Source: an uncultured delta proteobacterium
Lineage (GTDB): Bacteria; Desulfobacterota; Desulfuromonadia; Geobacterales; DSM-12255
Length of the DNA: 64,000 nucleotides
NCBI GenBank assembly: GCA_963787125.1
Contig: CAWBBV010000009.1
Coordinates: 32,001-96,000, forward strand
Direction: 5' to 3'
Numbering within the stretch: the first letter of the stretch is position 1; each line of letters begins with the position of its first letter. Both the position numbers and the translations under genes were made by a program. Positions 59,391 through 64,000 of the stretch are shown here, in pieces. The notes under the pieces were generated by a model. That model made no database searches. It was given only the letters and a program-made list of their open reading frames with translations, and had not been told where the DNA came from.

Positions 59391-59489
59391 GGCGTGATGT
59401 CCGCACAGGGGAGCGACGTGGGCGACCTTTGGGAGCTGTACATCGATGATGATGGATATGCAAAGAGGAGAGTAGTCCGGCTTTGGTAA
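59122..59489 (+). pseudogene. Hypothetical protein, paralog of 60527-60955, frameshifted near 59322 (real or assembly error)
   Basis: MGYHTEFRG... split between ORFs 59107-59340 and 59298-59489; one base missing relative to copy 2. Confidence 0.75.
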
Positions 59490-59548
59490 CTTGTTGATTT
59501 CCCGGAATATGCCTGTATAATGCCGATATTCCAACAGGGAGAACGAAT

Positions 59549-59872
59549 TTGCGACGCAAGGCCTCTGAAAAAATACTGAAGCAGATTCTGCAGCGGATTC
59601 TGGCTGTCGTTCAGCCCAGCCGGGTATTTCTGTTTGGTTCGGCTGCGCGGGACGAAATGAGGGCAAACAGCGATCTTGATCTGCTGGTGGTGGTTCCGTC
59701 CGGCTGTCATCGCCGCAGGACCGCCCAAATGATTTACCGGAATCTTGTCGGTGTCGGGTTTGCCGCTGATATCGTAGTTGTTACGGATGACGATGTTGTG
59801 CGGTATCGCAACGATCAGGACATGGTCATAAAGCCGGCCATGGACGAGGGAAGACTGCTTTATGCCGCGTAA
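59549..59872 (+). CDS. Minimal nucleotidyltransferase (MNT) antitoxin
   Basis: LFGSAAR...SDLDL; overlaps the HEPN gene. Confidence 0.9.
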   Translation: MRRKASEKILKQILQRILAVVQPSRVFLFGSAARDEMRANSDLDLLVVVPSGCHRRRTAQMIYRNLVGVGFAADIVVVTDDDVVRYRNDQDMVIKPAMDEGRLLYAA

Positions 59873-60260
59873 TCAGGGACAGCCCGGTTCTCCGCAGGAA
59901 TGGCTGAGGCGGGCAAAGAGCAATCTGGCGCTGGCCAGACAATCAAACTCGGAGGAAATTTACTGGGAAGACCTCTGTTTCGAGACTCAGCAGGCTGCGG
60001 AAAAGGCCATGAAGGCAGTGCTGATCGCCAGGGGAATTCCTTTCCGTTATGTACATGATCTCGCCGAACTACTCACCCTTCTGGAAAACCATGGCATAGA
60101 GCTTCCGGAAACCGTTCGCATGGCAGCATCGTTGACCGACTATTCCGTAGAAGCCAGATATCCGGGTCCTTTCGAGCCGGTAACCGAAGATGAATTCCGT
60201 GAAGCCTTGAGTCTTGCAGAAGGTGTCGTTGCCTGGGCAGACAAGCTTATCCCCGATTAA
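59862..60260 (+). CDS. HEPN domain protein (MNT-HEPN module)
   Basis: WLRRAKSNL, QQAAEKAMKA, HDL, ARYP. Confidence 0.9.
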   Translation: MPRNQGQPGSPQEWLRRAKSNLALARQSNSEEIYWEDLCFETQQAAEKAMKAVLIARGIPFRYVHDLAELLTLLENHGIELPETVRMAASLTDYSVEARYPGPFEPVTEDEFREALSLAEGVVAWADKLIPD

Positions 60261-60387
60261 CAATCAAGTGCATAGCAGGGCAGTCCCTGACATGAGCCAT
60301 ATTCCTCGAACCACCAATTGACGACTTTCTTCACACACTCTCCCGCTTGCATATCAACCCAATTATCCAACTTAAGTGGGTCGCCAG

Positions 60388-60796
60388 GAACATCTATAAG
60401 GGTCGAACATCTATAAGGGTCGTGTCTCAACTCCCTACAGCTTTAAATAACTGAAATAAATATGACCACAATTGATACCTCCATCAAACTGCAAGAGCTT
60501 CAATCAAGCGGTTGGAGGGTGTGGCAATGGGGTATCATACTGAATTCAGAGGCTCTTTGCGCTTCAATACGGAATTGACTGAAATTCAGCTTTCATTCAT
60601 CAAGCAAATTTTGCGTGAAGATTATCGAGATCATCCTGAATGGGACGCAATGGATCTGACATACATTGACCTTGCGCTACTGCCTGACAACAGCGGCATA
60701 CAATGGGATGGCTCCGAAAAGACCTGCCTTATGCCGGAACTGGTGAATGTTGTCATCACGCAAATGAGGAGGGAGTTTCCCGGTTTTGGACTATCA
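60388..60796 (+). repeat. Duplicated segment, copy 2, preceded by an extra tandem copy of its first 17 bp
   Basis: GAACATCTATAAGGGTC x2 (60388-60421), then matches 59017 onward. Confidence 0.95.
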
Positions 60797-60955
60797 GGTA
60801 TGATTTCCGCTCAGGGTGCTGAGATTGGCGACTGTTGGGAATTGTATATTTCGGACGATGGCTTTGCCAAGAAAAGGAAATTGGTGGCGACGGAGGAAAT
60901 AATTGCCTGTCCATATTGTTACGGTTCGATTAATCTTTCATGCGAAGAAGGATAA
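60527..60955 (+). CDS. Hypothetical protein with C-terminal CxxC
   Basis: Intact 142-aa ORF after GGAGGG; its paralog diverges mostly by conservative substitutions, which supports coding. Confidence 0.8.
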   Translation: MGYHTEFRGSLRFNTELTEIQLSFIKQILREDYRDHPEWDAMDLTYIDLALLPDNSGIQWDGSEKTCLMPELVNVVITQMRREFPGFGLSGMISAQGAEIGDCWELYISDDGFAKKRKLVATEEIIACPYCYGSINLSCEEG

Positions 60956-61027
60956 GCGAGCAGACTGGAAATAATCGTAACTCCGGTGTAGTATGGCCTG
61001 TATCACCTGATTTCATGAGGTTAAAGC

Positions 61028-61465
61028 ATGACCACGACAGATAACGCAATAGTCCTTTATCAAAGCCCGGATGGCGCGGCTTCACTTGAAGTTCGCCTCG
61101 ATCATGAAACTGTCTGGTTGACCCAGGACCAGATGGCGGAACTGTTCGGCAGGGAACGGTCGGTAATCACCAAGCATCTGCGCAATGTATTCAAAGAGGG
61201 GGAACTGGAGGAAATTTCAGTTCGTGCAAAATATGCACATACTGCCGCCGACGGCAAAGAATACCTGACGCAGTTCTATAATCTGGATGCAATTCTATCT
61301 GTTGGCTATCGGGCGAATTCCAAGCAGGGCACCCGTTTCCGCCAGTGGGCGACGCAGGTGCTGCGTGACCACATCGTCAAGGGATATACGGTCAACGAAC
61401 AGCGGCTGCGGGAGGAGAGCGCCAAGTTGCAGGCGATGCGACAGACCGTGGAGCTGCTGGCCCGC
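61028..61465 (+). pseudogene. RhuM-family (virulence RhuM/Fic-DOC) protein truncated at a palindromic element
   Basis: IVLYQ, ETVWLTQ, YNLDAILSVGYR, FRQWAT; homology-like sequence ends at 61465 and the ORF reads through the palindrome to 61636. Confidence 0.8.
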
Positions 61466-61534
61466 AAAAGCAGAAGGGGTCAAGTCTCCAAATATCAATT
61501 TGAGATTTGGAGACTTGACCCCCTACGGTTTTTC
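61465..61534. repeat. 70-bp palindromic REP-like element, copy 1
   Basis: CAAAAGCAGAA-GGGGTCAAGTCTCCAAAT-ATCAATTTGAG-ATTTGGAGACTTGACCCC-CTACGGTTTTTC; 18-bp perfect arms. Confidence 0.95.
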
Positions 61535-61619
61535 ACGCTCCAAAAGGACTCCCCCATGCCCAAGACCGTAGCAATCAAAAACAACAAACGATATTATTCA
61601 TTCCCAACTTGTAATTTAG

Positions 61620-61633
61620 TAACATATATGTTA
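61620..61633. promoter_or_regulatory. Candidate TA operator
   Basis: Perfect palindrome TAACATATATGTTA immediately upstream of the toxin gene. Confidence 0.6.
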
Positions 61634-61977
61634 TGAACGAGACAGATATGTCATGGACAATTGACTATTATAGCGAACAGGTGAGACTCGAAATCAATGC
61701 CCTTCCGGTCGGCATTCGGGCTTCTTATGCACGCTTGACAAATCTGCTCGAAGAATTCGGCCTTGAGCTTCGTATGCCGCATTCACGGGCTATGGGAAGC
61801 GGTCTGTTTGAGTTGCGACCGAAAGGGCGTGAAGGTATTGCCCGTGTTTTTTACTGTATGAAGGTGGGCAGGCGGATCATCATTCTCCATTCGTTTATCA
61901 AAAAGACAAACGAAACCCCAAAGCGTGAGCTGGAAATTGCCCATCGCAGACAACGGGAGGTAACAGGCAATGAGTAG
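61633..61977 (+). CDS. RelE/HigB (Gp49-like) toxin; start may be 61648
   Basis: MPHSRAMG.GLFELR, RVFY, LHSFIKKT.ETP. Confidence 0.9.
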   Translation: MNETDMSWTIDYYSEQVRLEINALPVGIRASYARLTNLLEEFGLELRMPHSRAMGSGLFELRPKGREGIARVFYCMKVGRRIIILHSFIKKTNETPKRELEIAHRRQREVTGNE

Positions 61978-62287
61978 CACATCACCGACTAAAACTCATC
62001 GTCAGATGATGTCAGAATGGAAGCAGAATCCCGAGTTCATTGCGGCATACGATGAACTGGAAACTGAGTACACCTTATTGCGTGAGCTGTTGCTTGCGCG
62101 ACAGAATGCCGGAATGACACAGGCGGAAGTTGCTGAAAAAATGGGGACTAAACCACCCTCTGTTACCCGCCTTGAGACCGCTCTATCGGACAATCGGCAT
62201 TCACCCACGATTGCTACCCTGAAAAAGTATGCCCAGGCTGTGGGGTGCAAGCTTGAGGTTCACCTTGTGCCGGTGAAAGCCGCATAG
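61970..62287 (+). CDS. XRE-family HTH antitoxin (HigA-like)
   Basis: ARQNAGMTQAEVAEKMGT...RLE...PTIATLKKYA; overlaps the toxin stop. Confidence 0.9.
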   Translation: MSSTSPTKTHRQMMSEWKQNPEFIAAYDELETEYTLLRELLLARQNAGMTQAEVAEKMGTKPPSVTRLETALSDNRHSPTIATLKKYAQAVGCKLEVHLVPVKAA

Positions 62288-62319
62288 AGAGCCATTCAGG
62301 ATTTCATCGCTTCAGTAGC

Positions 62320-62389
62320 CAAAAGCAGAAGGGGTCAAGTCTCCAAATATCAATTTGAGATTTGGAGACTTGACCCCCTACGGTTTTTC
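62320..62389. repeat. 70-bp palindromic REP-like element, copy 2 (identical, same orientation)
   Basis: Base-for-base match to 61465-61534. Confidence 0.95.
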
Positions 62390-62585
62390 CTTCGATGAAG
62401 GCATGATCACCGTTTACGGAACATACGCCGTTCTTGTCTTAAAACAGCTCCCCGCCAATAACAACATCCCCAGCCATATGCAGACCCTCTCCGGACGCGG
62501 CATCATCGGGCCAACCGAACAGCTTCTCTGGCCGGATCCGGACGCGCTCCACTGGCATCAGCAGAAGATTTTCCGGAAATATTGA
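62390..62585 (+). pseudogene. C-terminal fragment resembling HNH restriction endonucleases
   Basis: FDEGMITV...WPDPDALHWHQQKIF matches the typical HNH_2 tail; starts right at the element end, no own start or RBS. Confidence 0.6.
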
Positions 62586-62616
62586 AGTTCGCTGGCTTCT
62601 GACTACTGCATAAGAT

Positions 62617-63030
62617 TCAGCGAGTTTGGCCAAGAAATTGCGCCGGTGTCATAATGGGAATGGTGCAGTAGTTGCCAAGGGCCAACAGGTGCGGATCTCC
62701 GGAGATGATTGCTGATGCATTAGCTGTGACGGCGCAGGAGAGGAACTTGTCGTCGTCCGGGTCTTCGGCGATTACGGCAACGTTCTCCTTTGGTTGTACG
62801 AAGAGCGACCAGGCAAATACGAATTCGAGTATATTGACCTGCAGGGTGGGGGAAAACTTGAGTTTGGGGTAGGCAACGACTCGCTGGAGTTCGGCGTAAA
62901 TATCGCTAGTGATGCAGTTGACGATGCGGCGCTGTTCCATGAGGCGCAACACCGCTTCCGGCTTGCCATCCCAGCCGAAGGCCGAGATGAAAACGTTGGT
63001 GTCTATGACTACTTTTGTGACCGTGCCCAC
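62617..63030 (-). CDS. PIN-domain toxin (TIGR00305-like)
   Basis: VVIDTNVFISA, DPDDDKFLSCA, ISGDPHLL. Confidence 0.92.
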   Translation of the reverse strand: MGTVTKVVIDTNVFISAFGWDGKPEAVLRLMEQRRIVNCITSDIYAELQRVVAYPKLKFSPTLQVNILEFVFAWSLFVQPKENVAVIAEDPDDDKFLSCAVTANASAIISGDPHLLALGNYCTIPIMTPAQFLGQTR

Positions 63031-63236
63031 AGAACAGCCTCGGCAGCAGTTTCCGGCCCCAGCTTCTCCCGTTTTACGATTCGTGACGACTTACGGCTTA
63101 TCTCTTCAAGCGGTAATGGTGCATAGAGTTTTTTCTTGAAGAGCTGGTCTATCAGCTTCTTAAGCCCTTCCGGAGGGAACTGGGTCAGAGCTTCCAATAG
63201 CTGATTACTGTTAAGTTGGATAGACGGGTTATTCAT
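63009..63236 (-). CDS. Putative antitoxin of the PIN toxin
   Basis: 75-aa ORF with GGGAG RBS, overlapping the PIN start; ends EAVLWAR. Confidence 0.75.
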   Translation of the reverse strand: MNNPSIQLNSNQLLEALTQFPPEGLKKLIDQLFKKKLYAPLPLEEISRKSSRIVKREKLGPETAAEAVLWARSQK

Positions 63237-63534
63237 ATTAGCTACTCCCTGAGATTGGACTACTTATACAGTGCGACCGGTCACGCAAAGGGTGCTTTTA
63301 GTGCGCTGGCGCGCGACGATAGTTTCAATGGTGGTGGAAGCAGCCTTGTTGACTAGGGGCTTGCCGGACTTTGCCGCGCGGAGAATTTTTTTTGCCCTCT
63401 TTGCCAACTGCCGGTTTTGAATTTGTGTGCAAAGTATACAACATGTTCAGTCCTTCCAATGATTTTTACTATAGCGTGCAGTCAGATAGATTGTCAATAA
63501 TCTGCTTTAACCGTACTCTTCTTGACTGATATGT

Positions 63535-63563
63535 ATGGGTATTCCGGGGACATGGGTATTCCG
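63535..63563 (+). repeat. ATTCCGGGGACA motif, copy 2, in partial tandem
   Basis: ATGGGTATTCCGGGGAC-ATGGGTATTCCG. Confidence 0.6.
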
Positions 63564-63572
63564 TGATGCCTA

Positions 63573-63896
63573 GGGTCAGGCTTCCAAGATGCTAAGATGA
63601 CACCCCATTCATAGGAGGATCTGGGGTCGCCCATTAAAAGGCTGCTGTCAGGCTTCCAAGTTGTCAAGATTACGTATTGTGCTGGAATATGGACCATATG
63701 AAATCCCTTGGTATAGTGGCGATATCCTTGACAGTACGAGGATATGCGGATAGTTTAGGATCGGTTAACGAGGGTTAAAATGAGGTCAGGGATTCCACCT
63801 GTTCGCTTGAAAAGTCGCTATCATCGCAGTGTTGCCTGTGGGGCGGCTTGTTGCTATTCTGACCAACTTGGCATCTTGGAAGCCTGACCTGACCCC
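63573..63896. mobile_element. MITE/REPIN-like unit bounded by 23-bp inverted repeats
   Basis: GGTCAGGCTTCCAAGATGCTAAG (63574-63596) vs inverted 63867-63889 (22/23 match), ending TGACCCC; third degenerate copy 63647-63668. Confidence 0.55.
63722..63756 (+). promoter_or_regulatory. Sigma70-like promoter with overlapping inverted repeat
   Basis: TTGACA-17 nt-TAGTTT; ATATCCT-N10-AGGATAT spans the -35. Confidence 0.5.
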
Positions 63897-63977
63897 GGGC
63901 CTCCATTTTGAAGAATACAGCTCTAAAACCATCCAAATTTTTCAGCCAGTAAGAGACGGAAAAAGGAGAATCAGCTT

Positions 63978-64000
63978 GTGACAGAAGATATTCGCTGGAA
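63978..64000 (+). CDS. Start of a gene running off the window, possibly an HI0074-family nucleotidyltransferase substrate-binding protein
   Basis: AAGGAG RBS, then GTG-TEDIRW; only 7 codons visible. Confidence 0.4.

Noticed and set aside
60257..60387. 42-codon open frame on the minus strand beginning at the element end
   Set aside because: Could be another truncated gene tail, but it is too short and has no recognisable motif
61465..62389. CRISPR array interpretation of the palindromic repeats
   Set aside because: Only two copies, 70 bp long, 785 bp apart, and no cas genes
58200..64000. Classical integron cassette array
   Set aside because: No intI and no convincing RYYYAAC...GTTRRRY attC sites by eye; breakpoints fall inside genes. 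Not excluded without a covariance-model search

Overview
Bacterial chromosomal window, most similar in gene order and protein sequence to Geobacter-like deltaproteobacteria (inference). Bases 1-31.6 kb hold the core translation/transcription cluster: tuf 3' end, rpmG, tRNA-Trp, secE, nusG, rplKAJL, rpoBC, rpsLG, fusA, tuf, and the S10, spc and alpha operons. Bases 31.7-46.9 kb hold housekeeping genes: sahR-ahcY, a TMTC-like TPR membrane protein, an IPT/TIG protein, lptGF, and rpsB-tsf-pyrH-frr-uppS-cdsA-dxr-rseP-tsaB. Single-base frameshifts in rpsD, rpoA, rplQ (two) and tsaB are most likely assembly errors. From ~47 kb to the end is an accessory defence/toxin-antitoxin island with no integrase in the window. 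It carries Fic, a helicase remnant, an orphan ParB followed by a perfect 20-bp palindrome, an RloC-like ABC-ATPase with a probable HEPN tail, type III Mod/Res, a membrane-anchored Mrr-like nuclease and a dense run of TA modules. The most unusual signal is in 58.5-63.9 kb. Short GGGGTC..GACCCC and ATTCCGGGGACA REP-like elements recur there, and three GGGGTC-type copies sit exactly where recognisable genes are cut off. Two identical 70-bp palindromes bracket a complete HigBA operon like a cassette, which suggests an element-anchored gene capture or shuffling process.
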